Assembly: GCF_006345805.1 (NCBI RefSeq)
Contig: NC_043000.1
Span: 140,306,001 to 140,370,000 of the forward strand
DNA length: 64,000 nt
Reading direction: 5' to 3'
Source of the DNA: Octopus sinensis
Taxonomy: Eukaryota
Each line of letters begins with the position of its first letter. Position 1 is the stretch's first letter. The notes beneath the pieces are model-generated. The model had not been told where the DNA came from and did no database searches. It saw only the letters and a program-made list of their open reading frames with translations. The translations under genes were made by a program, and so were the position numbers. This document shows, piece by piece, positions 49,413 through 63,830 of this stretch.

Positions 49413-50671
49413 GAAATAAATAGGAACAATGAAAATTCATATTTCCCTTGTGACAGTCCATTTTCTTTAATTACACAATTAAATAGAAACAAGGACAATA
49501 AAAATGCATAAGGGAATTTTTTTTTTTATCTTGAAAGGTTTAAAAAAGAAAAATACAATACAACATAAAGATTACTAAATATAAATGAAAAAATAAAATA
49601 CAAATCAAAAGTTAAACCGATAATTTTCAGAATAAATTTGTATTTAATTTGGTATTGAGTTGAAAATATCTGAAACAGGATACAGGAATAAATCTAATGA
49701 AAATTACCTTAATTTCTATTTTCATGGTTCATATAACAAACTAGCATTTAATGTTTAATTCAATAATCTGTCAGTAAATTGTTTCCTGCCTAAACTAATA
49801 AAAAATAATCAACAAAATCAACAGTGCAAACAAACAAGTAAACAAACAAGTAAACTAAAAAAAAAAGTAAAAATAAAACTAAAAATTTTCAGATTATTAT
49901 TCCAAATAGTTTTGAAATTCTTTAACTTCCTCTTTTAGCAGAATTGTTAAAAGGTAATTTTTGTTGATTTCATTTTTTTTTTATTGCAGTTTCCTTTTTT
50001 GTTTTGTTATAATTTTTTTTTCTTTTTCAGTTTGTAATTTTATCTGCGTATGTTATATTGCTTACTTTGCACTGTACTAGAATGTTTCAGATATGACTGA
50101 TGTACCCATATATTATATAATTTGTGTCAATTAAAGATTGAAAAATCTGTGAAATAGAAAAATAAAATTAGATGGCTTGACGATAGCTATCTAATTTTTA
50201 TTTTAGTGTTGCTTTAAATTTCTTTGCTTTTAGGATTCTCTTGCATTTTCATATACACATAAATCCCCAGAACTTGAAGTGTAGCCAGAGCATGAAATGA
50301 GTGGGTGGGGGTGAAGAAGCAACATAAAGAAATAGACAGGGAGGAAGATGGTGGAGAACACGAGGTGGGTTGAGGAAGAGGGAAGATGGAGAGAGAAGGT
50401 GAAATCACTTCCTCTACACCTATCATTCAAAATCTATAGCCTCACTAGGCGATAGATTTAGAATGATTGATTTATTTTTCAAGTTCATGCAATGTATTTT
50501 GTCTGTATTAACTTCTTTTTTTACATATATATTATTTTTGTAACAAATTTATTAAACGTTTAACTCTTTTATCATCCGTAGACATATAGAGTCACAAATA
50601 TTTAACAAGAAAGCTATTACATTTATATAGTTATGTGACCTGATAATTGTATTTAAATTTGTATACAGTGC

Positions 50672-50710
<39 letters not shown>

Positions 50711-51877
50711 TATATATATCCTCTCTTCTTCTATGCTACTACCAATTAATGTCTATTCCTCAGTTTTATCAGCTTTACCACCCACATTCCATTTATGACC
50801 AGAAGCATTCACAGTTTAGTCCAAGAATTAACTATCAAGCCACTATTTTGAAAAGACGAACCAAGAACATCTAATAAAAGAACATCTAATTAAAAGAAAA
50901 TTCTCGTGAAAATTTGCAAACTTACACACGTCATGATCAGGATTATTATGATCATCATTTAACATCCATTTTCCATACCTGCATGGGTTCAACTGTTTAA
51001 CAGGAGCTGGCCTGCTAGAGAGCTGCTCCGACTTCAATTGTCTGTTTTGCCTTTGTTTCTAAAGCTAGATGTCCTTTCTAATGCCAACTGCTCTACAGAG
51101 TGTACTGGGTACATTTTACATGGTTCAGGCAAATAGATAAATAAAAGACAACATTCTCATCATGACTGAAAATACCAGTCAAGTGTCCTTCAAATCACAT
51201 CTTACTATCTTAAATACATGAATAACACACTAAATTGAACCTAAAACCAAGTAGTTAGAAAGTAAATGTTGCACTCATAGAGTAACAATATTAATATCAA
51301 ACATAACATCACATATATTATTGTACACTGTTGTCCTTTAGCCTTGTTCACTTCTGATTAAGTATACCCTATGATCACAACATTCCAGTCATAACCATTC
51401 TACCTTATCATCAGTGTACCAAAGAATATATTACCAGATTCATATGATTTTTTTTCAAGAGAGAAAGATATGATTTAAGAAGAGTTTAGCTGCTATGTCT
51501 TGCATCAGGAATGATCATGTAAATTTTCTCCCATGGGCACACTGTTATTACAACATTTCGTCCTCATACAAAGATAAGACATTCGCCCATAATTTATTAA
51601 TATAATTTGCTATTTCTTTATTAAATTAAATTTATTTCGAGTGATGTTTGACAAGTTACCTTACAATCAATATTATTTACACCTTAACTATTCTGAAGTC
51701 TATAACTTTAATTTGCCGACTTCGTTTCTCAAACTTTTGTCAGATAATTTTACTATATTACCATAAAAACTGTTTTTGTTTTCTTTCAGAGAGGCAAAAC
51801 AATTTTATCTGATCTTTTGCACACATACACACACACATATTTATGATGTGTTTATGTAATTATGTAATATACGTATA

Positions 51878-52182
51878 CTGGTGCCACCTAAAAAGCATCC
51901 AGTCCACAATATAAAGTGGTTGGCATTTGGAGGGGCATCCAGCTGCAAAACCCATGCTAAACTGACCTCACATGTGTTTGAGCCACATAAAAAGCACACA
52001 GTCCACTCTTCTGGACGTTTGGTGTTAGGAAGGGCATCCAGCTCTAAAAACCTTGTCAAAACAGACACAGACGTCTTGGGTAGGCTCCTGCCTGGCCAGC
52101 TCCTGGCAAACCATCCAGCCAATGCCAGCATGGAAGGTGGACATTAAACGGTGATGATGGTGATTGTGGTGATGACGATGAT
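51878..52182 (+). mobile_element. Old family D copy with duplicated core
   Basis: Two GGGCATCCAGCT cores and a (GAT) tail. Confidence 0.7.
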
Positions 52183-52617
52183 ATATATATATATAGTTAT
52201 TGTTATGTCCATCTGTTCTAATTTAATTAAATTCTATGTATTTGTGCAGCCGAAGATTGCTCTACATTTTAAATTGATGCAATGATTGCATGGTTTAATT
52301 AATTGGAGTTGCATGAAACGATTGTACTGCATTACCTCTGGATATCCTTGTTGCTTATTTTGATTTATATATATAAATATATATATATAGATGTACTTGC
52401 ATAGCAAGTAACTTAATCTGAGATTGTGTGATGAAACAAAAACAATTGCAGCATGGAAGGTGTTTGTCAGCCATTTAAGAACACAAAAGCAAAAACTTTA
52501 CATTAACTTCAACATTTAAATTTAATTTGAATCAAAATATTTTCATTGCTTTAAAACCATGATCTGTTCACTGTCAAAACTTCATGCTGCATCATGCGTT
52601 TGTATATATATATATAT

Positions 52618-53169
52618 GGTGGTTGCCCCCTCGTTATCAAGCATGGTCATTGCACGAAGCTTAATCGGTGTTGTTATCGTGCAATGCCTGTGCAAAAAGA
52701 TTTTTTTAAAGTGAGGAAAGGCTGTGCACAGAGTCAATCCCACTCACTAAGCAGCAGCAGCCATAATCTGAAAAGAAGAACAAGTCAACATCATCGGTAA
52801 CCACTGAGCCGCAGGTTTTATGTCGGAGTTATCCCAGTTTCCTGAGTTACCTTCTCCTAGAAGGATGCCCTAACAAAGGCTAGGAGTCCTTCACTCTCAA
52901 TGGTTTAACCGCGCGATCGGGTATTCAGTCCGATTATTTCTATGTCCCCGCACATGATACAGCCTTAAGACATTTATTGGATGGCTGTTGACTCTCAAGT
53001 GTTCTTCCACCCTTTGACGGGTTTTGTTTTTCATCCCGCAGGGTGTCCAATAAACACCCTCCTCACCAAGCAAGCTTGGTGGGGTTGCGGGGTTAGTCGC
53101 CGACGACCCGACCATGCAACAGGTTGTACTGGGTTACATGTTACCAGTAGCACTCAAAAGTGACCTGAC

Positions 53170-53170
<1 letters not shown>
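52618..53170 (-). mobile_element. Non-autonomous (bipartite) RTE/BovB-like element
   Basis: GC-rich and CpG-retaining, set in (TA)n. Minus strand CTAGGAGAAGGTAACTC resembles RTE 5'-UTR motifs. Terminal hairpin. No RT ORF. Confidence 0.5.
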
Positions 53171-53220
<50 letters not shown>

Positions 53221-53333
53221 ATATGTATATCCATACACACACACACACACACACGTATATATATATATATCCATGCACACACACATATGTATAAATATAT
53301 TCTCATACATATTTACACACACACACATACATA

Positions 53334-54196
53334 CGAGGTCTGATCAATAAGTATCCGGACTGTTGCTATAGCAATGAAGCTAAAGCACACAGAGTAAAGC
53401 TGCTTGGCAAAGACTAACCTTGAACTCAGCTGTGCTTGCACATTAAGTTTTAATGTTCTAGCCCACTTCCACTGTTTACAGCAGTTCTTGGAAGGAAGGT
53501 GTGTAGCATGTGATCGTTGCTTTGACCATGACAGAGAAAGTTGTCATAGCGATACCTGCTAAGAAGCCTACACAAACTTGTAGAAAGGGTGTGGAGAGGT
53601 GTATATGAGCCGCAGACAAGTGTACAAGTGCTTCAGACGTTTCCAAGATGGCCAAAAAAAAAATGTTGATATTAACGAACGCTTTTGGGAGACCCGCAAC
53701 CAGCAGAACTGAGAAAAACATTGCAGGTATGCATGCAGCTGTGAGGGGAAGTCATGAAATCACTATCTGTGAGTTATCAGAGGATGTGTAGATTAGTTGT
53801 GGTTCAGTTCAGTCTATTATCACAAGATTTGGGTACGAGATGCATGTCTGCCAAGTTTATGCCAAAACTGCTTTCAGCTGACCAAGAAGACAATCAGTTT
53901 TCCTTGATTGTGTTGAGACGAATGAAAACTTTTTGAAAACTACACTTGGGCCTCTGAGCAGGTATTGCCAAGCTTTTGGCAAAATTTGATGCAGATTTTT
54001 CTCTGTCAATGCAATAATCACATATTATATACACCTTTCCAAGCACTGCTATAAACAGTGAAAGTAAGCTAGAATGTTAAAATTTAGTACACATGCACAG
54101 CAGAGTTCAAGATCAATCTGTGCCAAGTGGCTTTCCTCTGCATGTTTTAGCTTTGTTACTAATGGCAACAGTCCAGATACTTATTGATCATACTAC

Positions 54197-54197
<1 letters not shown>
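53334..54197 (+). mobile_element. Internally deleted mariner
   Basis: TIR CGAGGTCTGATCAATAAGTATCCGGACTGTTGC with an imperfect complement at 54165-54197. Remnants MSRRQVYKCFRRFQDG and SAKFMPKLLSADQ. Confidence 0.85.
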
Positions 54198-54243
<46 letters not shown>

Positions 54244-55260
54244 ATATATTATATATATATATATATATACGTATATATATATATGCATATGTATATATAT
54301 ATATATATGTATATATATGTGTGTGTGTATATATATATGTACTTATATGTATATGTATATGTATGTATGCATGTATACATCCAGGTGTTACAGTCACTAA
54401 GGGTATCAAATTCTGCACATAAGAAAATTGTAAAATATGACCGCAAGCTTTGGGATATAGCCTGCAATTCTGCCATTTCAGAAACTCATGCCAATTTTCA
54501 CAATTCTATAAAGCACAAATCATAATTACTTTCAAACCTTTATTGTTCCTAACTGATCCTGCCTCTCTTCCCCAACTCCTTTTTCCCCTCACTTTATTCA
54601 TTCATGCATCAATTCAAATGGTCTTATTTTACATTTATTACCACACTTATTACCAAAACCTATGAGCTTCCTTCTTAGTATACTCATCTAGTTGTTCTTT
54701 ACTTTAATCAAATAGTACTTCTGATCTCTTTACTTCTCTTCTTTCATATTCTCATTCATTTCTTTGCATATGAATTAATTATCCAACTACTTTTCACTCA
54801 ACACAGAGCATCACTACTTTCTTTGCAATCAGCTTTTCATTTTTGAATATTGCAGTCTGTTACCTTTTCCATCTACCTTTCTTTCTTTGATATATTACTT
54901 GATCATGTATGACATTCTGTGAATAGGCTAAGAAATAACTTCAGTTAACAGGATCAAATTGTATTGGCACTTCATTCATTCATTCCTTTATTCCAGAATG
55001 TCATTCTTTAACCATAAATTATTAGTTATTTTTTATCTATCCGAATTTATCCATGTACATGAACCAAGGAAGTGCTGCCCATTTGGCTTACATTTTTCAA
55101 TATTTCTTTTGCTGTTTCTTATGTTTGTTGTTTGTCAGTTAAAGGCATTCATAATTAGAGCTTTGACCTAGTTAAACATAATATATTTTGATGTCACTCT
55201 CAGCATTGAGCACTCTCTTCTTTTCTTATATACCTACACTGAAATCTTTGCATTCAAATG

Positions 55261-55300
<40 letters not shown>

Positions 55301-55495
55301 ACTCTCTCTTCCTCTCTTACTCCAAAAACAGTTGTAGGAGGCTGCAGCAACAGTCCCCAGTGAAAAAGAAAAAAATTCACATATACACACCTACACACAC
55401 AGACACATGTAAAACATAGGCATCACTCATAGGCTCATAAGCCAGTATAACTGGTAACATATACCATGCTTTCTTTAATTATTTTAGGTATTTAT

Positions 55496-55702
55496 GCCTC
55501 GTCTGGCACCTGTGCTGGTGGCACGGGAAAAACACCCAGTACACTCATGGAGTGGTTGGTGTTAGGAAGGGCATCCAGCCGTAGAAACATTGCCAGATCA
55601 GACTGGGCCTGGTGCAGCCTTCTGGCTTCCCAGACCCCAGTTGCACCATCCAACCCATGCCAGCATGGAAAGTGGACGCTAAACGATGATGATGATGATG
55701 AT
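55496..55702 (+). mobile_element. Family D (RTE 3'-UTR)
   Basis: Core and (GAT)n tail. Confidence 0.85.
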
Positions 55703-56757
55703 GTAGTCATGAACAGACGTAGAGGCCTTGTTTATCCTTCCGTTCATCTTGTAGGAAGACATCTGGAATTTAACAACCGGATAGAGAAAAGACTTCCCCT
55801 ACACTCAGCTCTTGCACATTTTAAATGGAATCTATTGGAGCAAACTGAAATGAAGAGTCATGCTTAAAGATACAATGTGCCACCTAACCAAGAATTGAAC
55901 CCTTGATGTAAGGATCATAAAACTAACACCTTACCTACTAAACCACGTATCCCAGACCACAAAATAGAAATTATTTCATCTCAAACAAAGAAAAAGCTTA
56001 ATTTTGTATTAATTATTAATAGAGGTATGAATATTTCATAGGTTTTTAGTGAGATACATCAAATGTTACCCTAGAGAGAGAATCTACTATTTATCATTTA
56101 ACTTGTGATGCACACACACTTCTGTACTTTTCAGTTGAAGGCAATATGTGCCATTAAGTGCGTAGGTGTGTGTGTGTTACTGTGTATGGCAGTGTGTTCT
56201 TTTAGTGATAGGTTATATTGCTTTCACTTGTTTGTTTAAATTCGTTTTTAGTATATTTGTAGTCAATGCAATTATATTATGTGTGTTTGTTTGAGTGCAG
56301 AAGCGAAGGTGAGTTTAGGAGTGTGTTTACACAAACATTGATAAAAGGAATATTTGTAGGCATGTGTTCATGTGTGTGTGTGTGCATAAATCTGTGTGTG
56401 TGTCCCCATAAATCTGTGTGTGTGTGTGTGTGTGTGTGTCCATACATCTGTGTGTGTGTATACAGTTGTGTGTGCAGACCGTAAATGTATGTCAATAAAT
56501 TACTGTCTAGTTTTAAACTATTGGTGTTTTAAAGATTTGTTGAGAAGTATTTGTTGTTGTTGATGATGATGATGTGGTGTGGGTGGTAGAGGGGGTGTTG
56601 AAAGTGATGAAATTATCCACTTTCATGATGGGGAGATGGCATTCATAATGATGTGATTGCTATCATTGATTGTGGTAGTGGTGATGAATTTGTTGCCAAA
56701 CCTGGAGGTGGTAACAATGAGGAAATTGCTCCCATTGAGATGGTAGTGGCAGTAGTA

Positions 56758-57323
56758 TTGGGTTGTCTGGAAAGTTCATGCCGATTTTTAAAGGAAAGAA
56801 AAAGGTCAATAAATACTTGCTATTACATTTTTAATCAACCAAATATGAAACATTTTGTTGCACAATACGTCTCCATCTTTCCTTTAACCTGAAAATACCC
56901 TCTTCCCAGAATTGAGGTGGTTTCATGGAAAAGAATACATCTTGGTATCTTTTTACGTCATCCAAGGAATTGAAATTTTTACCATTAAGACTATTCCGCA
57001 GAGACCAGAATAAGTGGAAATCCGAAGGAGCAATATCTGGTGAATATGGAGGGTGGGGTAACACATTCCAGCCGAGCTGCAGCAATTTTTGTTTGGTTCC
57101 CAAAGCATCAAGTGCTGAAAATGAACTTTGTTATCTTCCATTTTAAAGGGTTACAGAATTAACACAGGTTATAGGAACATAAAACTTCTTCTACAAAAAG
57201 ATAGCTTAAACTGTGCTCTAAATGGAGGTGTAGTCAAATCCTATTTTATGAAGTCAACCATGTTCTAAAATAAGTCGAAATGTAAGCTACTATAAATTGG
57301 CACAAACTTTCCAGACAACCCAA
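56758..57323 (-). mobile_element. Internally deleted mariner (mellifera-like), 566 bp
   Basis: TA-flanked TIRs TTGGGTTGTCTGGAAAGTT. N-terminal MEDNKVHFQH fused to LGWNVLPHPPYSPDIAPSDFHLF...RW..IV. Confidence 0.92.
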
Positions 57324-57539
57324 TACAAGTAGTAGTCTTGATAACGATGGTGATCGAATTGATCCAATTGATGATGGTGGTGGTGGTGGTGGTGGTGACA
57401 GGGATGAATTGCTTGCTGTTGAGAAAATTGGTGATGATAGTGGTAATAGCAGTGACATTGTTCCTGCAGATGATGCTGGTAACAGTGGTGATAATGATGA
57501 AAATGCCACCACTGTAAAGTTTCGTAATGGCGCTCTTTG

Positions 57540-58330
57540 TGTAAACAATGGATGTAGAAGAAATGTTGAGGAATGGCAGGCAGTTTATCTAAAGGATAGA
57601 TTTCATGTCCAACAAGTGTATAGGAGCATTAAGCCAAAGAACACTCCAAAAAAGAGATAACTTCAAATACCCAAGTGGCTTCCCAGAAGTTGTTGACAGT
57701 TTATATTGTATACTTGACCACTTGACCACTGAGCCATGTGCCTTTTTACTTGGCCTAATTAGAAGTGGAGGTCAGTGTTCTGAAAGTATAGTATCCAGAA
57801 TGTGAACGGGCTGGATAATATTCAAAGAGCAGTTAAATCTGCTGCTAAAGCAGGTTTCTCTCTCAAAAGGAAGTGCAAATTGTATCATCTACACATATTA
57901 AGCATGATGCTACATAGTAGTGAGATGTAGGCCCAGAATGTAGAGGATTTGTGAAGAGAAGAAAAATTGAAGTGAGCATTATCTGATGGATATGTAACAT
58001 TGATGTGCATGGAAGATGGAGTTTAAATGAACTGGGAGGGAGGTGAATAAAAGAAGAATTAAATATGGCAAACAAAGAGGATGACTTGGCTGGTAAGAGC
58101 ATTGATCGGATATCTATGGATCATGAAAATTCTATAAATAAAGGCTGAGCACTCAGATTAGAGGAAACCTGTGGAAGGGGAAGGCCTAGAAATACATAGG
58201 ATTATGGGACTGATTTGAAGCTGCTTGAGCCCTCATAAAATTGATGACAAAAGATTGCTTTGATTGGAAACACATTGTGAGGGAGGAGACCAGCAAGCTT
58301 CAACAAGAACAGTGCAGAGAATGCTAAAAG
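57540..58330 (+). mobile_element. Old RTE-clade LINE C-terminal fragment
   Basis: EVVDSLYC...LIRSGGQCSESIVSR..TGW, MLHSSEM, CGRGRPR. Confidence 0.75.
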
Positions 58331-58700
58331 GGGATTAGTGATGATTACTGAAATTCCCCCATTCATCCATAGTCTCAACCTCTACAAGACTCTCCTGATT
58401 CTCCTTCATTCAGCCTCCTCCAACAGTCCCATCTCTTTAGCACCCATCTTTCTCTCTCTCTAGTTCACCTCTCTTTTATATTCATCCTACTATGACAGTC
58501 ATATAACAAGAGAAAGCATATTCTCTCTCCCCCTCTCTCTCTCTCTCTGTTATCACAATATTTTGTGAAAGAAGTGATTGTTCAATTTCCCATTCCACTT
58601 TTGTTAGCCATCACTCCCACCAGGTTAATAATGCTTGACATACATCATTCTTCTCCTACCATCACTGATCTCAACATACACTTCTCTTCTACTATGCTTC

Positions 58701-58923
58701 TTAATGCCTTCGTTACGGTATTTATTTTGAGATGCTCTGTGTTTCTTTCAATTACTTTAAATATAACAAAGAATTTAGTAAAATAACTTAGTTATCATTC
58801 AGTTAGTTTTAGGAACATAAATTGTGACTAAGGTTTGGTGGAAGATTTTAATTCAGATCTTATGAAAACAAGACATTTGTACTCAGAGCCAAAGCTGGTT
58901 TCAGCTGGGTTGGTAACAAAAGT
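58701..58923. mobile_element. piggyBac-like MITE, copy 2
   Basis: Homologous to 12987-13449 without the SINE. Confidence 0.65.
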
Positions 58924-59359
58924 AGTTTGAGCTTTTATTCTCTTACTTCTTAAAATGCCACTTCACTTTTCCTGATAGTAGGAGAAAACATGCATCCAGT
59001 ATTTTTGAGAAAGTCAGAAAGGATAGCATGCCATAAAACAGAAATACCAAACCTGAAATGCACAAATAAGGCAAGATGTGGCCCTCTGATGCATCTGATA
59101 AGTCAGTAACCCTGAATAAGAACTGAATTAGATACTGATAACCCATCCAATCTATGCTACACTGTACAATCTTAAGAACCACATGATTGCAATGTGGACT
59201 TTTTTGTCATACAAAGAAGCCAGTACCTATTACTATACAGCACTGAAGAATTGTGTGAAATTGTGATAGTGATAAGAACTGTGTCATAAAGTGTAAGATT
59301 TAATGGCCCTTCAAAGGGGCTGTGTCAAAATATAGAGGGAAGGAAATGTAACAGGCACT

Positions 59360-60852
59360 GTTGTTGTTTTTTAGTTCCAGATCAAAATTGTTTGAGAAGA
59401 CTGATGATCAAGGACATTCCAGTTACACCTGTTTCATATTTTTCTGTTTTAGGAAGGGCATCCAGCTGTAGAAACACTGCCAGATCAGACTGGAGCCTGG
59501 TGCAGCCTTCTGGCTTCCCAGATCCCGGTCGAACTGTCTACCCCATACTAGCATGGAAAACGGACGTTAAACGATGATGATTATGATGATATGACTACAT
59601 AAGACATATCATTTCAGTGAAGAAGCTAGTAAACAGTAACGCAGGAGTAGATCTATGATTATAGATATTCTGTCCCTGACTATTCCATCTTTTTCATATA
59701 TGCAAAAAACCCAAGACAATTTCTTCAGACTATATGGTGTGCTTTAAGGAGGGAAGATTCAGCTTTTCTTTTCATCTGGTTGAGAAACTGCCGAGAAGTT
59801 TATGAAATTTAAACAACATTGATGTCATACCTGGATGAATTTAAGCTTTTCTCAAGAGGCCTCTCTTTCTAATGGCAGAGAGTAATAAGAGGGAGATTTA
59901 GCTGTAATTTTTTACAGGTCAAGTCAGTGAAGCTCGTGGTGGAACTAGTTGAAGAAGAAATAAATAAATGGCATGGTGATATGATGCTGGTATAGAAGGC
60001 ATCAACTGAACTTGTTGATTGTTATGATGGTAATCATTTCCATTTCTACCTGATTTCATTATGAAAAGGTTGAAGTGATCACAATGAAAAAGAAGTTATT
60101 TTTGTTTAATCTTAGGCTGACTCAGATTGATTAGACTTATGATCAAAGGGATTCCAGATTCCAGCAACGACCATCCTGTTTTTTATTTTTTCCAGGCATC
60201 TTGGAAAATAAGACTAAATTAGCTAATGCGTCCTGCGTTTGAAGAAAACAGAGGGTAAAATGAAAATGATTTGATTGCTACTTTTGGAAGGCAAAGGCCA
60301 CCTTAGCTCTAGATCATTCCTGGACAACTTCTGACCCATGGTACTTTCTGAATGGCTTGCCTAAGGAAAAATCACCTTCAATTTTTTTTTAGAAGTATGG
60401 CGTGCTTGATGATGAGCCATATCTCATGCAGCCCTCTGCGCCCAAAAGGCTATCCATGCTGCTCTAGATCAAGTCTGATCAAACAAATCAAGGATCAAAA
60501 GCATTCCAGCTATGACCATCCTATCTTTTTAACAATATCTAGAACTATATTATTCAATGTTTATTTTGCCTTTCTACTATGGTACATCTGAAATGAGTAA
60601 GATTTAGCTGCTGTTTCTATCAGAGTGAGTGACTATAATAAGCCTTTTTCATTGCCCAGTATACTGTTATAGTTTAGCCCCAGGTCAACTCTAATCAAAT
60701 ACATCTATAAGGAAAAATATCCTGTTTGTGACCATACTTTTTTTTCGATAATACTTAATGTGTCTTCCCTTCTTTAAGACACAAGTGGAAAAGGATTTGG
60801 CTGCTATTTCTTGCAAGCTGAACAACCACAGAGAGACTTCTTCATTGGTTGA
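59360..60852. repeat. Cluster of about 5-6 same-orientation old repeat copies (family F)
   Basis: Recurring GATCAAA.GCATTCCAG..ATGACCATC and GATTT.GCTGCTATTT blocks. Also at about 34110-34320 and 51330-51535. A D tail is nested at 59448-59590. Confidence 0.65.
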
Positions 60853-61664
60853 TAATTCTGTTGTTGTGGTTGTTTTATGGCATTTATAATAAAATAGGAG
60901 AGAAATGAAGTTATTCATGAAAAGATCTTAGTGATATTGTTGATTGGGTTAAGAGTGGAGGTGGTACTGGTGGTAGTGGTGGTAGTGGCGGCAGTAAATA
61001 ACAACAAAAGATTTTAATCAGACTGAAAATGTCAAAAATCTCAACATGACTAATTCCATCGCAGCTTGTTTGTTTATATATTGCGCTTTGTTTGTTTTTC
61101 TTTTACCTTTAAATTTTATCCCCTGTGTGCCAGATAATTCATCATGGCTGTCAACTTTAGTCATCAGACGACATACTTCACCCACCCTAGAACACGTTGT
61201 GAAGAAAGACAGAACAAATTTAAGCAAGAAATGTATTAAAGAAGCCCCCGTAAAAATCAGATTTTGATTGAGCATTTTTTTAAATGGAAGTAATCACATT
61301 GCAAGAGGTGTAGAGTTCATTAGGAGAATACAGTTCTAGTTACTTTGTGTCATTTATGTTTATTTCATTTATTACCTATTCGGGAGAAAGGACACTGTCT
61401 GTGTCCCTTCATTATGAAGTTTGATACTAATAGCTGAATGGAGATAGGATGGTATCCTCAAAGTATGTGGTTTCTACAAAAGACGTCCAAGAACCAAGTA
61501 GCTGTGTTAATGAGATGATTGACCAAGACTATCATCCATATAGGCCATGGTGGAATTTGAACTCTGGATACAAAGAGCTGGAATACATACCACAACCATC
61601 CTATGTAAATGAGTTCATCAGTTCACTACCTTAAGGTTATATTTTATTTATTAATATTAAAAAA

Positions 61665-61895
61665 GGCGGCGAGCTGGCAGAAACGTTAGCACGCCGGGCG
61701 AAATGCTTAGTGGTATTTCATCTGCCATTATATTCTGAGTTCAAATTCCGCCAAGGTCGACTTTGCCTTTCATCTTTTTGGGGTCGATAAATTAAGTACC
61801 AGTTATGCACTGGGGTTGATGTAATCGACTTTATCCCTTTGTCTGTCCTTGTTTGTCCCTTCTATGTTTAGCCCCTTGTGGGCAATAAAGAAATA
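61665..61895 (+). mobile_element. SINE family A, full length
   Basis: GGCGGCGAGCTGGCAG head. TSD-like TTATTAATA.TAAAA. Confidence 0.92.
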
Positions 61896-62747
61896 ATATT
61901 ATTAATACTAAAAGGATGAAAGATAAAATTGAATTTGGCAATATTTGAACTTGGAAAGCAGCTCTATGGAATAAATACTGCAAAGTGTTTCGTCCGATGC
62001 TTTAATAGCTCTGCCATTTCATTCCTTTTCTCATAACTTCCAGTAAAGAGGGAACCTTACTAAAACATGCTTCAACCCTCCCTCAATAATATTTGGTTAA
62101 CTTTTGATGATCACTGGTAAACTGAGCAAGCATATTACATTGCTTGGCCCCAAGTCGATGATCAAACAGAATATCCTTTTTTTTATTATTATCAAACAGT
62201 TAATGTAGGATTATACTAGCAAATGTAACCTTTCATATTTTAAATGGTAAAATTTAATTTGCAATTTCTAGGAAATCAAACAATCACATAGACGCCTCCT
62301 TATTGGCTCACACATGTTGTATTAGCAGATAATTGATAAATAGGAGGGCACGAATGATAAATATCCTTAACTGTGGATATACTAAATGGACTGAATATTC
62401 ATGCAATTTTACAATGAAGTTACTCACTGGAATAGATTGCCACAGAATTTTGCAACTATAGAACTATAGATTCAAACATGTTTTCTCAGAAATTTGTTGC
62501 CGAAGCAAAGTATTTGCTTTATGGATTTAGCTGACTGAGTATAGTTATAGTAGTACCAATGGTCACATGCCCATTGGTACTACTATATGATATTAGATAA
62601 TATTATATAATATATAATATTAGATAATCAAATATTTAACAAGCAGATGCTAGATACTAAATTAGTTTCAAATGTCCAAATATGATTAAGAAGATAGAAA
62701 AGATTTTACTAATAATCAACAATCCTTTATAAATAAAGGTTAAACTA

Positions 62748-63160
62748 GGCGCAGGAGTGGCTGTGTGGTAAGTAGCTTGTTTACCAACCACATGGTTCCG
62801 GGTTCAGTCCCACTGCGTGGCACCTTGGGTAAGTGTCTTCTACTATAGCCTCGGGCCAACCAAAGCCTTGTGAGTGGATTTGGTAGATGGAAACTGAAAG
62901 AAGCCCGTCGTATATATGTATATATATATATGTGTGTTTGTGTATCTGTGTTTGTCCCCCTAGCATTGCTTGACAACTGATGCTGGTGTGTTTATGTCCC
63001 CGTTACTTAGCGGTTCGGCAAAAGAGACTGATAGAATAAGTACTGGGCTTACAAAAGAATAAGTCCCGGGGTCGAGTTGCTTGATTAAAGGCGGTGCTCC
63101 AGCATGGCCGCAGTCAAATGACTGAAACAAGTAAAAGAGTAAAAAGAGATAAAAAAAGAG
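62748..63160 (+). mobile_element. SINE family B, full length
   Basis: Near-identical to 20536-20942. Confidence 0.93.
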
Positions 63161-63544
63161 TATTTGGATACTATAATAGAATTGGTAATTTCATGCAAAT
63201 TAAGTAGATCTTAAATTCATTACATTTCTTATTCTAATTAATTTAGTATTTTCATGTGTGTAGGGCTCTTTAGCATAAAGGATTTAACTGAATGTGAATT
63301 ACAAAACAATATAAATATATGGAATCAATATTGTTTTTCTCTCACTTCTCTTCAATTTGATTAATTATTATATATTCTGCACCATTGTGATTCTCAAATT
63401 TTCAGAAACATGATAATGTTAATTAATACCTTAAACTCAACTAGTAATGTTGATTACTTAACAACCTGCAGGAAGTTTACCATGAGCAGTGTTTGATTCT
63501 TTGAACTCCTATCTTCAGTTTGTGTGTGTGTATACACATGAAAA

Positions 63545-63830
63545 TATGTGGCTTAGTGGTTAGGGCATTTGGCTCACGATTGTAAGGTCATGAGTTCAAT
63601 TCCTGGTGAGGTATTATGTCCTTGAGCAAAATACTTCATTTCATGTTGCTCCAATCCACTCATCTGGCAAAAATGAGTAGTACCTGTATTTCAAAAGAGC
63701 CAGCCTTGACACACTCTTTGTCATGCTGAATCTCCCTGGGAGCTATGTTAAGGGTACATGTGTCTGTGGAGTGCTCAGCCACTTGCACATTAATTTCACA
63801 AGCAAGTTGTTCCATTGATCATATCAACAT
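63545..63830 (+). mobile_element. Older CORE-like SINE sharing the family C 3' half
   Basis: tRNA head, then TCCTTGAGCAAAATACTTCA (CORE-like), then GTACCTGTATTTCAAA...GAGTGCTCAGCCACTT tail. An opposite-strand head lies at about 63888-63990. Confidence 0.75.
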
